64,000 bases of DNA from assembly GCF_902652985.1 (NCBI RefSeq), contig NC_047019.1, positions 38,688,001 to 38,752,000 of the forward strand, written 5' to 3'. Position numbers and translations under genes: made by a program. Position 1 is the stretch's first letter. Each line of letters begins with the position of its first letter. Below are positions 26,330-40,619 of the stretch, piece after piece. The notes below the pieces were generated by a model, which saw nothing but the letters and a program-made list of their open reading frames with translations, was not told where the DNA came from and ran no database searches. The stretch is from Pecten maximus (Eukaryota).

Positions 26330-29300
26330 AATCTCCAGGCTGATACCAAGATTTTATCTCCAGACTCATAACGAGATTTTATCTCCAGACTGATACCGAG
26401 ATTTTATCTCCAGACTGATACCGAGATTTTATCTCCAGACTGATAACGAGATTTTATCTCCAGACTGATACCGAGATTTTATCTCCAGACTGATACCGAG
26501 ATTTTATCTCCAGGCTGATACCGAGATTTTATCTCCAGACTGATACCAAGATTTTATCTCCAGACTGATAACGAGATTTTATCTCCAGACTGATACCGAG
26601 ATTTTATCTCCAGACTGATACCGAGATTTTATCTCCAGGCTGATACCGAGATTTTATCTCCAGACTGATAACGAGATTTTATCTCCAGACTGATACCGAG
26701 ATTTTATCTCCAGACTGATACCAAGATTTTATCTCCAGACTGATACCGATATTTTATCTCCAGACTGATACCAAGATTTTATCTCCAGACTGATACCGAG
26801 GTTTTATCTCCAGACTGATACCGAGGTTTTATCTCCAGTCTGATACCGAGATTTTATCTCCAGAAATACCGAGATTTTATCTCCAGGCTCATACCGAGAT
26901 TTTATCTCCAGACTGATACCGAGATTGTATCTCCAGGCTGATACCGAGAGTTGATCTCCGGACTGATACCGAGATTTTATCTCCAGACTGATACCGAGAT
27001 TTTATCTCCAGACTGATACCGAGATTTTATCTCCAGACTGATACCGAGATTTTATCTCCAGGCTCATACCGAAATTTTATCTCCAGACTGATCCGAGATT
27101 TTATCTCCAGACTGATACCAAGATTTTATCTCCAGACTGATACCGAGATTTTATCTTCAGGCTGATAACGAGATTTTATCTCCAGGTTGATACCGAGATT
27201 TTATCTCCAGACTGATACCGAGATTTTATCTCCAGACTGATACCGAGATTTTATCTCCAGGCTGATACCGATGTTTTATCTCCAGACTGATACCGAGATT
27301 TTATCTCCAGACTGATACCGAGATTGTATCTCCAGACTGATACCGGGATTTTATCTCCAGACTGATACCGAGATTTTATCTCCAGGCTGATACCGAGATT
27401 TTATCTCAAGACTGATACCGAGATTTTATCTCCAGACTGATACCGAGATTTTATCTCCAGGCTGATACCGAGATTTTATCTCCAGGCTGATACCGAGATT
27501 TTATCTCCAGACTGATACCGAGATTTTATCTCCAGACTGATACCGAGATTTTATCTCCAGGCTGATACCGAGATTTTATCTCCAGACTGATACCGAGATT
27601 TTATCTCCAGGCTCATACCGAAATTTTATCTCCAGACTGATACCGAGGTTTTATCTCCAGGCTGATACCGAGATTTTATCTCCAGGCTGATACCGAGGTT
27701 TTATCTCCAGGCTCATACCGAGATTTTATCTCCAGGCTGATACCGAGATTTTATCTTCAGACTGATACCGAGATTTTATCTCCAGGCTGATACCGAGATT
27801 TTATCTCTAGGCTGATACCGAGATTTTATCTCCAGACTGATACCGAGATTTTATCTCCAGGCTCATACCGAGATTTTATCTCCAGACTGATACCGAGATT
27901 TGATCTCCAGACTGATACCGAGATTTTATCTCCAGACTGATACCGAGATTTTATCTCCAGACTGATACCGAGATTTTATCTCCAGACTGATACCGAGATT
28001 TTATCTCCAGACTGATACCGAGATTTTATCTCCAGGCTCATACCGAGATTTTATCTCCAGACTGATACCGAGATTTTATCTCCAGGCTGATACCGAGATT
28101 TTATCTCCAGACTGATACCGAGATTTTATCTCCAGACTGATACCGAGATTTTATCTCCAGACTGATACCGAGATTTTATCTCCAGGCTGATACCGAGATT
28201 TTATCTCCAGACTGATAACGAGATTTTATCTCCAGACTGATACCGAGATTTTATCTCCAGACTGATACCAAGATTTTATCTCCAGACTGATACCGATATT
28301 TTATCTCCAGACTGATACCAAGATTTTATCTCCAGACTGATACCGAGGTTTTATCTCCAGACTGATACCGAGGTTTTATCTCCAGTCTGACACCGAGATT
28401 TTATCTCCAGAAATACCGAGATTTTATCTCCAGGCTCATACCGAGATTTTATCTCCAGACTGATACCGAGATTGTATCTCCAGGCTGATACCGAGAGTTG
28501 ATCTCCGGACTGATACCGAGATTTTATCTCCAGACTGATACCGAGATTTTATCTCCAGACTGATACCAAGATTTTATCTCCAGACTGATACCGAGATTTT
28601 ATCTCCAGGCTCATACCGAAATTTTATCTCCAGACTGATCCGAGATTTTATCTCCAGACTGATACCAAGATTTTATCTCCAGACTGATACCGAGATTTTA
28701 TCTTCAGGCTGATAACGAGATTTTATCTCCAGGTTGATACCGAGATTTTATCTCCAGACTGATACCGAGATTTTATCTCCAGACTGATACCGAGATTTTA
28801 TCTCCAGGCTGATACCGATGTTTTATCTCCAGACTGATACCGAGATTTTATCTCCAGACTGATACCGAGATTGTATCTCCAGACTGATACCGGGATTTTA
28901 TTTCCAGACTGATACCGAGATTTTATCTCCAGGCTGATACCGAGATTTTATCTCAAGACTGATACCGAGATTTTATCTCCAGACTGATACCGAGATTTTA
29001 TCTCCAGGCTGATACCGAGATTTTATCTCCAGGCTGATACCGAGATTTTATCTCCAGACTGATACCGAGATTTTATCTCCAGACTGATACCGAGATTTTA
29101 TCTCCAGGCTGATACCGAGATTTTATCTCCAGACTGATACCGAGATTTTATCTCCAGGCTCATACCGAAATTTTATCTCCAGACTGATACCGAGGTTTTA
29201 TCTCCAGGCTGATACCGAGATTTTATCTCCAGACTGATACCGAGATTTTATCTCCAGGCTGATACCGATGTTTTATCTCCAGACTGATACCGAGATTTTA

Positions 29301-29953
29301 TCTCCAGACTGATACCGAGATTGTATCTCCAGACTGATACCGGGATTTTATCTCCAGACTGATACCGAGATTTTATCTCCAGGCTGATACCGAGATTTTA
29401 TCTCAAGACTGATACCGAGATTTTATCTCCAGACTGATACCGAGATTTTATCTCCAGGCTGATACCGAGATTTTATCTCCAGGCTGATACCGAGATTTTA
29501 TCTCCAGGCTGATACCGAGATTTTATCTCCAGGCTGATACCGAGATTTTATCTCCAGGCTGATACCGAGATTTTATCTCCAGACTGATACCGAGATTTTA
29601 TCTCCAGGCTCATACCGAAATTTTATCTCCAGACTGATACCGAGGTTTTATCTCCAGGCTGATACCGAGATTTTATCTCCAGGCTGATACCGAGATTTTA
29701 TCTCCAGGCTCATACCGAGATTTTATCTCCAGACTCATACCGAGATTTTATCTCCAGGCTGATACCGAGATTTTATCTCCAGGCTGATACTGAGGTTTTA
29801 TCTCCAGGCTCATACCGAGATTTTATCTCCAGACTGATACCGAGATTTTATCTCCAGGCTGATACCGAGATTTTATCTCCAGACTGATACCGAGATTTTA
29901 TCTCCAGACTGATACCGAGATTTTATCTCCAGACTGATACCGAGATTTTATCT
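26330..29953. repeat. 25-bp minisatellite, about 145 copies
   Basis: Unit ccgagattttatctccagactgata. Confidence 0.97.
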
Positions 29954-30949
29954 GCTCAATAGGCTCTTGATAATAAAAAGGAAATAATTTTGTCAAAATC
30001 TGCTGTATTCTTTACATATTCGGTTTGTTTGTTTGTGGGTGTGTTTGTTTGTTTGTTTGTTTTTGGATTTTTGTTTTTTTTTACCTGGGTTACTCTAGAT
30101 TTAAAAGTCGGGTTTAACAAAGCAAACACTACATCTTTAAATCGTGCAACATAGATGATACAATTTTATCCGGTTGATTATATTAAACAAGTGTTAAATT
30201 ATGCAATTTTATATATTACGTAACTTAACAAGTTTTATTATATCATTTAATCTAATTTATCATCTTATACATTAAATATTTTCTATTCAGAATCACATTT
30301 CATCTCATTACGTAACTTAACATGTTTTATTATATCATAAAATCTAATTTATCATGTGCAATACAATTTAATGAATAATTTGTATTCAGAATCACATTGC
30401 CATTAAAGCACGTTATTTATTATAATATAAAGTATTTTGTGTTATCAAGGGAATCTGTGGTGATGTAATTTGCTGACAATTAATCTAATAATGTTAGACA
30501 AGTAGTTGATGTTATCTATTTTAGTGTGTTGTTTTCTTTAAAATATATTGTTTATATAAAATTGTCTCGATGGTTTGCCGAGATGTTACAGGAACTGTCG
30601 TATAACGGGACACAGACAAAAGTTCGAATACGTTTGTGATAACTTGTTATATTATTTCTTCGAATGGTTTCAAATCAAAATACCAGTATAAATGTAACAA
30701 TAGCTTGGAAAATTATAATGAACCCATCCATCTATATTGGTATTCAAAAATGTATTAGATATACTATAAAAGTTCCAGTAAGTCCAGTGATAATAGTTCG
30801 GACCAGGCTCGATATTAGGTGTCCCTATATTATACTGGTTTGTAATCCAATTGACGGTAAAGTTTCTAGAATAGACATATGACATAGAACTGACCATCGT
30901 CTATATTGACACGTAGGAGAGTAGACAGCTGAGATTTAGTAAACAAGTA

Positions 30950-33801
30950 GTTATCACATGTAAATAAAGGGGGTCAGTAAGTATAGACGGCAGTATCACA
31001 TGTAAATAAAGGGGGTCAGTAAATATAGACGACAGTATCACATGTAAATAAAGGGGGTCAGTAAATATAGACGGCAGTATCACGTGTAGATAAAGGGGGT
31101 CAGTAAATATAGACGACAGTATCACATGTAATAAAGGGGGTTAGTAAATATAGACGGCAGTATCACATGTAATAAAGGGGGTTAGTAAATATAGACGGCA
31201 GTATCACATGTAAATAAAGGGGGTCAGTAAATATAGACGGCAGTATCACATGTAAATAAAGGGGGTCAGTAAATATAGACGGCAGTATCACATGTAAATA
31301 AAGGGGGTCAGTAAATATAGACGGCAGTATCACATGTAAATAAAGGGGGTCAGTAAATATAGACGGCAGTATCACATGTAAATAAAGGGGGTCAGTAAAT
31401 ATAGACGGCAGTATCACATGTAAATAAAGGGGGTCAGTAAATATAGACGGCAGTATCACATGTAAATAAAGGGGGTCAGTAAATATAGACGACAGTATCA
31501 CATGTAATAAAGGGGGTCAGTAAATATAGACGGCAGTATAACATGTAAATAAAGGGGGTCAGTAAATATAGACGGCAGTATCACATGTAAATAAAGGGGG
31601 TCAGTAAATATAGACGGCAGTATCACATGTAAATAAAGGGGGTCAGTAAATATAGACGGCAGTATCACATGTAAATAAAGGGGGTCAGTAAATATAGACG
31701 GCAGTATCACATGTAAATAAAGGGGGTCAGTAAATATAGACGGCAGTATCACGTGTAAATAAAGGGGGTCAGTAAATATAGACGGCAGTATCACATGTAA
31801 ATAAAGGGGGTCAGTAAATATAGACGGCAGTATCACATGTAAATAAAGGGGGTCAGTAAATATAGACGGCAGTATCACATGTAAATAAAGGGGGTCAGTA
31901 AATATAGACGGCAGTATCACATGTAAATAAAGGGGGTCAGTAAATATAGACGGCAGTATCACATGTAAATAAAGGGGGTCAGTAAATATAGACGGCAGTA
32001 TCACATGTAAATAAAGGGGGTCAGTAAATATAGACGGCAGTATCACGTGTAAATAAAGGGGGTTAGTAAATATAGACGGCAGTATCACATGTAAATAAAG
32101 GGGGTCAGTAAATATAGACGGCAGTATCACGTGTAAATAAAGGGGGTCAGTAAATATAGACGGCAGTATAACGTGTAGATAAAGGGGGTCAGTAAATATA
32201 GACGGCAGTATCACATGTAAATAAAGGGGGTCAGTAAATATAGACGGCAGTATCACATGTAAATAAAGGGGGTCAGTAAATATAGACGGCAGTATCACAT
32301 GTAAATAAAGGGGGTCAGTAAATATAGACGGCAGTATCACGTGTAAATAAAGGGGGTCAGTAAATATAGACGGCAGTATAACGTGTAGATAAAGGGGGTC
32401 AGTAAATATAGACGGCAGTATCACATGTAAATAAAGGGGGTCAGTAAATATAGACGGCAGTATCACATGTAAATAAAGGGGGTCAGTAAATATAGACGGC
32501 AGTATCACGTGTAGATAAAGGGGGTCAGTAAATATAGACGGCAGTATCACATGTTAATAAAGGGGGTCAGTAAATATAGACGGCAGTATCACATGTAAAT
32601 AAAGGGGGTCAGTAAATATAGACGGCAGTATCACGTGTAAATAAAGGGGGTCAGTAAATATAGACGGCAGTATCACGTGTAAATAAAGGGGGTCAGTAAA
32701 TATAGACGGCAGTATCACATGTAAATAAAGGGGGTCAGTAAATATAGACGGCAGTATCACATGTAAATAAAGGGGGTCAGTAAGTATAGACGGCAGTATC
32801 ACATGTAAATAAAGGGGGTCAGTAAATATAGACGGCAGTATCACATGTAAATAAAGGTGGTCAGTAAATATAGACGGCAGTATCACCTGTAAATAAAGGG
32901 GGTCAGTAAATATAGACGGCAGTATCACCTGTAAATAAAGGGGGTCAGTAAATATAGACGGCAGTATCACGTGTAAATAAAGGGGGTCAGTAAATATAGA
33001 CGGCAGTATCACGTGTAAATAAAGGGGGTCAGTAAATATAGACGGCAGTATCACATGTAAATAAAGGGGGTCAGTAAATATAGACGGCAGTATCACATGT
33101 AAATAAAGGGGGTCAGTAAATATAGACGGCAGTATCACATGTAAATAAAGGGGGTCAGTAAATATAGACGGCAGTATCACGTGTAAATAAAGGGGGTTAG
33201 TAAATATAGACGGCAGTATCACATGTAAATAAAGGGGGTCAGTAAATATAGACGGCAGTATCACGTGTAAATAAAGGGGGTCAGTAAATATAGACGGCAG
33301 TATCACGTGTAAATAAAGGGGGTCAGTAAATATAGACGGCAGTATCACGTGTAGATAAAGGGGGTCAGTAAATATAGACGACAGTATCACATGTAAATAA
33401 AGGGGGTCAGTAAATATAGACGGCAGTATCACATGTAAATAAAGGGGGTCAGTAAATATAGACGGCAGTATCACATGTAAATAAAGAGGGTCAGTAAATA
33501 TAGACGGCAGTATCACATGTAAATAAAGGTGGTCAGTAAATATAGACGGCAGTATCACATGTAAATAAAGGTGGTCAGTAAATATAGACGGCAGTATCAC
33601 GTGTAAATAAAGGGGGTCAGTAAATATAGACGGCAGTATCACATGTTAATAAAGGTGGTCAGTAAATATAGACGGCAGTATCACATGTAAATAAAGGGGG
33701 TCAGTAAATATAGACGGCAGTATCACATGTAAATAAAGGGGGTCAGTAAATATAGACGGCAGTATCACATGTAAATAAAGGGGGTCAGTAAATATAGACG
33801 G
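30950..33801. repeat. 42-bp minisatellite, about 68 copies
   Basis: Unit gtatcacatgtaaataaagggggtcagtaaatatagacggca. Confidence 0.97.
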
Positions 33802-33874
33802 CTGAGATTCATTACACAAAAGAGATGTTATTAAGTGTTAAATAACGAGGTCTGTGATTAAAGACGGCTGAGAT

Positions 33875-36372
33875 CGCCACAAATGTCTTTAAATCAGTTG
33901 TTTGACTATTTCAAAAATCTTGCTAACAGTGCAGAAATAACAGACTCTACGCATATACATGAGAATGAGCCTGAAGTTGACGAGGCGGTCATGTTTGAAG
34001 AGCTAAGTCATGACATATTGGTATGAATGAAATAAACGATGCTATTAATAATCTCAAACGAGGTAAATCACATGGTTTAGATGGTTTGTTAAATGAATGT
34101 TTTATGGAAGGTAAATTTATTCTTTCACCAATTTTTCACACATTATTTAATAATATCTTAAGGTCTCGATGTTTCCCGTCTGAGTGGTCTATAGCAGTCG
34201 TGGTGCCTGTACATAAGAAAGGCGATCGTACAGATCCTAATAATTACCGTGGTATCAGTCTAATTAGCTGTTTATGTAAATTATTTACATCGATTCTTAA
34301 CAAGAGACTATTAGATGTTTGCATCAAGTACAACATTTTAACGGACGCTCAATTTGGATTCAGACCTAATGTTAGTACAATTGACGCAATTTTCGCTCTA
34401 CAAACATTAATTTCGAAAACTTTAGGTACGAAAAAACGCCTTTACTGCTGCTTTGTTGACTTTCGCAAAGTTTTTGATTACGTGGATAGAGCAGGTTTAT
34501 GGTTTAAGCTGTCCAAGATCGGTGTTAGACGAAATTTTTTAGCAACGGTAAAATCTCTTTATACTTCTGTAAAAGCTTGTGTTTTAGGGAATGGGAAATG
34601 TTCAAACTTTTCCCCAAATAATGTTGGTTTATTACAAGGAGAAATATTGTCTCCCCTACCGTTTTCTCTGTTTATAAATGATTTTGAAAATAGTTTCATT
34701 GAAAACGGTGCCACTAGTTATGATTTTGGAGAGTTGAGTTTATTTCTATTACTATATACAGATGATTTAGTTTTGTTTTCTGAATCAATTGAGGGTTTGC
34801 AAAGTCTTTTGAACAGTTTAAATACAATTCAAATGGATGGAAATTGACTGTTAATATAGAAAAAACAAAGATAGTTGTTTTTCGAAACGGAGGTACTTAT
34901 GTCGGCAGCATTGTTTTTTATGCCTGCGAAATTTGGGGAAGCCTTAAAGCAGTAGAAATAGAAAAAATCCATCTGGAATTTTGTAAACATCTACTTGGGG
35001 TTAAGAAATCTACTTGTAACGCGATGGTATACATTGAACTTGGTCGTCAACCTCTCTTAAATACCCAACTTTTTAGAATGATTAAATATTGGTTTAAATT
35101 ATTAAAATCCGATAATTGTATCCTAAATGAGGCGTATGATTTCCTTTACAGTGAAACTTTAAAGGATCATCCAAAGCATAAATGGCTAGTTTATCTAAAA
35201 CAGAAGTTATTTGAGCTTGGCTTTGGATATGTCTGGATTCGTCAGTCTCATATGGATGTCGATCTTTTACCTTTAATTAAACAGAGGATTATGGATCAGG
35301 CTAATCAATCCTTGTTCAATTCAATTAATATGTCAAACAAATGCGATCTTTATAAGCACATGGTTGACAATGTAACGTATTTAACTAAATCTCTTCCAAA
35401 ACAGCGAAGAATTATGATAACCAAATTACGACTCACATCACACAATCTAGCAATCGAATCCGGAAGATACAGAAATATTGATAGACGTTTTAGATATTGT
35501 TTAAACTGTAATGTTTTAGATGTTGAAGATGAATATCATTTTCTTCTTGTATGCCAGTGATACGGTGATATCAGGAAAAATATATCAAAAAGTATTTCTG
35601 GGATAAACCTTCAGTTTTGAAGGTTATTAAATTATTAAAATCAAACAATCTAAAGGAGTTAAACTTGTTAGGTAAATTTATTATTGAAGCTTTCAAGCGT
35701 AGAATTGTTTATTTCACATAGACACGGATCTCTGACCGATCAGTAATATTTAGCGCCCCATTTAGAATATATTCTTAGAGGAATTGCTCCATAAAAGCAT
35801 GGTTAACATAAAAGTGAAATCCAATCCCTATATTTACACTTACGGATGTTGTTTCTATAAGTCTTTGTGATTACAATATTTTTTCTTTATAAATAAAAAA
35901 AAATCATATAAAAGTCGGACACAGTGGGAGGAGTCAATTATTCGAACAGCCAATGGTGATGCTTCACAACAAATTGAGACTTTTTTTCCGCGGTAAAAAA
36001 TAGTTCTGTTTTTTATTATGATATTAACATAAATAACAAAAACATTTTGATAGATTATCATATTTAATATTGTCAAACATGTTATTTTTATACATTTAAC
36101 AATGGTAAACAAAGCGTGTTGTTTTATTTTAAGAAACATTTTATCACCCGTTTACCGAGAGTAACAGAAAACAGACCGCGACCGAAGCACTCGAAGTTCA
36201 AAGGTCAATGTTTCCATGCAAGAATGGTAAACAAATCGGTCTGGTATTGTTATATAGTGACAAAACTTTGCAAGTGTAAATATATTAGTATAGTTACTGC
36301 ATGCCATATTTTGTATTATCTACTGATAGGCTGTATGGCCTAAAGTTAATAAAAAATTGAAATTGAAAAAAT
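33875..36372 (+). mobile_element. 5'-truncated, decayed non-LTR retrotransposon (RTE-X-like LINE)
   Basis: RT motifs (KKGDRTDPNNYRGISL, QFGFRP, FVDFRKVFDYV, GLLQGEILSPL, LYTDD) and a C-terminal LRLTSHNLAIESGRY…CLNC…EDEYHFLLVC. Frameshift near 34845, internal deletion after VFRNGG, premature stop at 35560. 3' AATAAA plus (ttgaaa)n tail. Flanked by TGAGAT (33869-33874 and 36373-36378). Confidence 0.9.
34023..35560 (+). pseudogene. Reverse transcriptase / C-terminal domain remnant of the LINE
   Basis: Two overlapping ORFs (34023-34847, 34844-35560) in different frames, with YTDD in place of YADD. Confidence 0.88.
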
Positions 36373-38003
36373 TGAGATGGATTAAACAAAAGAAGTGTTA
36401 TCACATTTAACTAAAAGAGGTCTGTAAGTATAGACGGTCGAGATTAAGTACACAAAAGAAGTGTTATCCCATTTAACTAAATGGGGTCTGTAAGTATAGA
36501 CGGTCGACACAAGAGGTAGTATCACATGTAAATAAAGCTAGAAGTGAACCTTTTCCGACATAAAGAAACATGTGATAGGGGATATTGTCATAAAGAAAAT
36601 GTGAAAATATTATATTACCAACAGTCACTTCCGTAAGTACATGGGTCAGTCTCTCCGATGACGCAATACCGGGGGAAAGTCTGTACAATATGGAAACCGA
36701 TATATATTGTACAACTATAGAGGTAATACCCAATGATATCTGTAACCATATACATATACTTGTATCTTTTAGTCTGGTAGAAGATTTCCATCCTGGACCA
36801 GAAATAAAGCTAATCTAACCTAATTTAATCATGTGCGTTAATCAACAGATGATGTAATGTGCTTGAGTAGGAGTGGAGAGTTCGAGTCATTTCCAAAATA
36901 ATGTCGGTAGTAAATCACTTATTACCACCTTCCACTGCACACACTATTCCCTTTCATGGCCAATAATGATTACATGACTATGAATGCAGTAAGAAAGGGG
37001 AGATAATCAATAGTTAATCAATACAATGGAAAGGATAAATATCCTAAATCCGTGATGGACACATTTACATTTTAGAAAAAATAATCAATTAAGATTAAAA
37101 ATGATGCCGTCGATACAGATGAAAGGATAAACTTAAATGACATTTGAAATTTTAAAACAAAAAAAAACCATAATAATAAGACATGCTAATTTCTTGACTT
37201 AAAAGACAGCATTTACTTGAAGAGTTAACATTTCCAGGAGCCTTTCCTTATGTAAAATTACACATCACGTTTTGACAGATACAGATGGGAAATACTGGCG
37301 TTCGTTAGGGATTGATTTTAATATCCTGTACAACCTTTGCCAAATTATACTGAAAATATATGTTTTGTATGCCTCTTTCTAGCTTCTGAACACGCTGTCC
37401 CGTATTTTCTTCTTAATGTTCAACAAATACTCCTTATCTGTCCCTGACACCGGATCTGGATAACAAACCGTACGTTTCATACAAAAGAATTACCCCAAAC
37501 ATGTCGTTATATGATACTGTAGCACTAGAGACCGACATTTACTCCATATGAATATATCCTTATGTCCATTAGAATGCATAATGGCAAACTGTGTTGTTAG
37601 TATTGAGCCAAAATTCCCTGGTACTGACAAATATTCATACAATACAAGTAAATTTTACAGAAAACAATGAGTGATTTTTCACTCACTCTTTGTGTTTGTT
37701 TGAGGTGAAAAGTCTGCAGTAAGTCAGTTATTGCACGATTTCTCGCCACTCTCCTATTACTCGAAAGCCAAGCAATAACCTTTCTCACCAGTTAACACAA
37801 AAATGTCAACATGCTGGAGAACAAAGGTAAATAGATATGTTCCTCCCCAATACAACCTATTTACACAGGTATCGACACGGCTAATATAGCTGGAAACCGG
37901 AAGGAAAGAAAAATAGCAGAAAGTGTTGTTATCAATCTACCAATAAAATATATATCAGAATGATGGACTTCAGCTACTGAATGTATATTTGCAATAATTA
38001 CAG

Positions 38004-38183
38004 GTTTTTGTGACAGAGCGGCTGTGTTTGCCAGACCGGAAGTGTATAGTCAATACATCAGCACCGGATCGTACTGGGTAGAGATGCCCTGTGCAAACGG
38101 AAGTTGGTACAACGACCGGAAATGCAGATGTACCGAGGAGATAGTGAAACCTTGGGGCACTGATTCCAACAGCAGGACTTCAA
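38004..38183 (+). CDS. Pif-like exon: third, reduced (4-Cys) chitin-binding-like module
   Basis: ttacAG| acceptor, A|GTAAGG donor. Peptide GFCDRAAV…YSQY…WVEMPCANGSWYNDRKCRC matches the MPCAxGxxY…CxC module that precedes LamG in Pif-family proteins. Confidence 0.88.
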
Positions 38184-39774
38184 GTAAGGACATACAAATG
38201 TCTAGTTATGTGAGATAATTCTACAAGTACGCACTAATTATCCTTACTTAACACTGAAACCCCATCATCTCCGTTTTATTGAGATTGAATCTTTTTGTTT
38301 GGCTTCTGTTTAATTCCGAGCAAATGTCAATATGAAGTGTTAAACCCTAGTTATCGTTAACAAATATCCAAGATTCATTAGACATACCTTAATCAGGTTT
38401 AAACCAGAAGCTGCTTGTAGAATTTTGATTTAATTGAATTTACACGAAGTTTTCGCTCGACATCAGATAGCAGAAGCTTCAGTGAAGGAATAGCCTTCAA
38501 TTTTTAATTTCGTCATTTATTGTCAAATACAGAAAGGCCTTATTGATTTCCGCTGTATTCCGCCGTCTTCTCGGGTTATAAATTCGATTTTCCGTAGAAA
38601 ATGTCTAATTGTAACGGTGCATCATCGACAATACTAATGGCAAAATCGAATATGTTTTACTTAAAAGAGAATCAGAATTTGTATTAGACCTATAAAGTAC
38701 ACAGTGATTTTAAAATAATGTGAACACTTTTAACGAAACCAAATTGCTCGAACGACAATTGGACTTGTAAATACTTGCCGTGGTAGGTTTTTGTGTGCAA
38801 ATAACTCCTTTGTAATGTAAGCATGCTTCCGTCAACAATTGAAAATCGGAAGCTGAGGAATTAAATCCACGGGTTACATACGATAAAAGCAGTACTCGTG
38901 GTTTTTAGTAGTTTTGTTTATACAATCCCAGGACGTTAACACGCGTAACTAACCCTAGTAAATTGCCAGAATCGTGGAACCCTCGCTAAGAGGGATTCGG
39001 TAGTATGCAAACACAATGAGATAGCTTCAGAATTAACTTGATTTGAGGAATCGTATATCTATTTAATTCCGTGTTATGTGCTCTTATGTAAAGACCGATG
39101 TTCTCCGTAACGAGGGCCTCCCGATTATACCTAGTAACATTCTTTGTCCTGTAACTAACATCAGGAGCATAACTGGGATGCCGATATTAAGGTATTTTTA
39201 CAATATATATCAATTATCTTAGCGTGTTTTACAGCTAGAATAGAGATAGTTTCGCAATAAAATGGTTTTCCTCTTTTAGAGTCGTTCCTCGAAATTATAC
39301 ACGGGCGTGCTTTAAATTTGATGTAATAGACATGTCATTGTATGTACCATCGGTTCTCTGCAATGGGAGAAGATACATATTCATCACCCCGCCTTATTGA
39401 AATATATACGTAATACACAATAGTGTTTTAGACTTATACGAATGCGATATATAGCAATTATATTAAAAGTATGATTGAAATTTTGTTCAGTGAGACAATA
39501 ATATCGTTGATACGAAAGCCTATTGGGCTCAGGTTCGAAGAGCCAAGTTATTTTTTGTTGAAATGTGATAAAAACTGTTTCTTGCATACTTCAGCATACA
39601 TATACTTCAAAGTTCAGTGGAGCACATAAACACACCTACCATGCATAGCAATATACCAAAGGTTCTATTCACGTGGCATCTGTAGACAGCCAGGTAATGT
39701 ATCTTATAAAACAGTCTGGTACCAATACTTATAGAGACATAGACTGGGTATTTGGCATACGTGTTCCTTTTGCT

Positions 39775-40125
39775 AGGACCTTTCTATTGGTTCTACATTT
39801 ACGAATCTGCTGACCTTGATCGTGACCTACTTTTAAAAATTAATTCTGAATTTCAACCGACTCGGCGAGCTATCATTCTATCTCCGGCGTCGGTGTCGTG
39901 TGTAGACAGCTAGGTTGAAGTTTTCATAAAACAGTGTTATGTCAATACTAATGAGGATACAGCTTAGGTATATAATATGTGTTTTCTTTCCTTGTCAAAA
40001 GACCTTTCCGTTGGTACTACGTTTGCGGACCTGCTGACCTTTAACCTACTTTTCAAAAGTTGTTTTTGAATTTCAGCCAATTAGAAGCTTTCAGAAGACA
40101 ACTTAGTCTTCTGACAACTCCTGTT
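39775..40125 (+). mobile_element. Helitron/Helentron-type (HINE-like) remnant
   Basis: Two related tgacctt…acctactttt units (39777-39858, 40001-40078) and a terminal hairpin CAGAAGAC-aactta-GTCTTCTG followed by …ctcctgtt. Confidence 0.45.
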
Positions 40126-40619
40126 ATGTAGTATAATACGGGTTAGTTTCGTGTCCTCACGTTTTGTTTGATGTTTCGCGTCATTACTCGAAAGCTTATA
40201 GTGTTCCTAAAATGAACCCAGGTTTCCGTACAATGTCGTGTCGCATCTGGAGAAATTACGCCGAACATGCTATTGGAAAGAGGTTAACATTGAATAGAAA
40301 AACAAAACACAAAACCAATGAGTTATTTATTAAGGGATGTTCGAAATAGACAAAATATGTAATATTTTTGGACCTGAAGAGATGTGTATAGTTATATGAA
40401 CCTGAGAAAGAGACAATAACCAAACATAGGGTACACATACATGTGATTTATTATGACTTTTCAGATACACGTAACCAGATATTTACCCAAGTAAATGATT
40501 TCCAGAACAATCCAGGCCATCTAATTGAGTTACGATGATTTCGTATTACTTGATGTAAAACATAAAGAAATAAAATAAAAACTGATCGAGTTTCGGTCAT
40601 AGTCCTAGACATAATTTAG

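Noticed and set aside
23690-29953. CRISPR-like arrays (25-29-bp units, one with a hairpin)
   Set aside because: Head-to-tail units without unique spacers, no cas genes, eukaryotic intron context.
30901-33642. (ILPSIFTDPLYLHV)n ORFs on the minus strand
   Set aside because: A 42-bp satellite; the frames are broken by single-base deletions.
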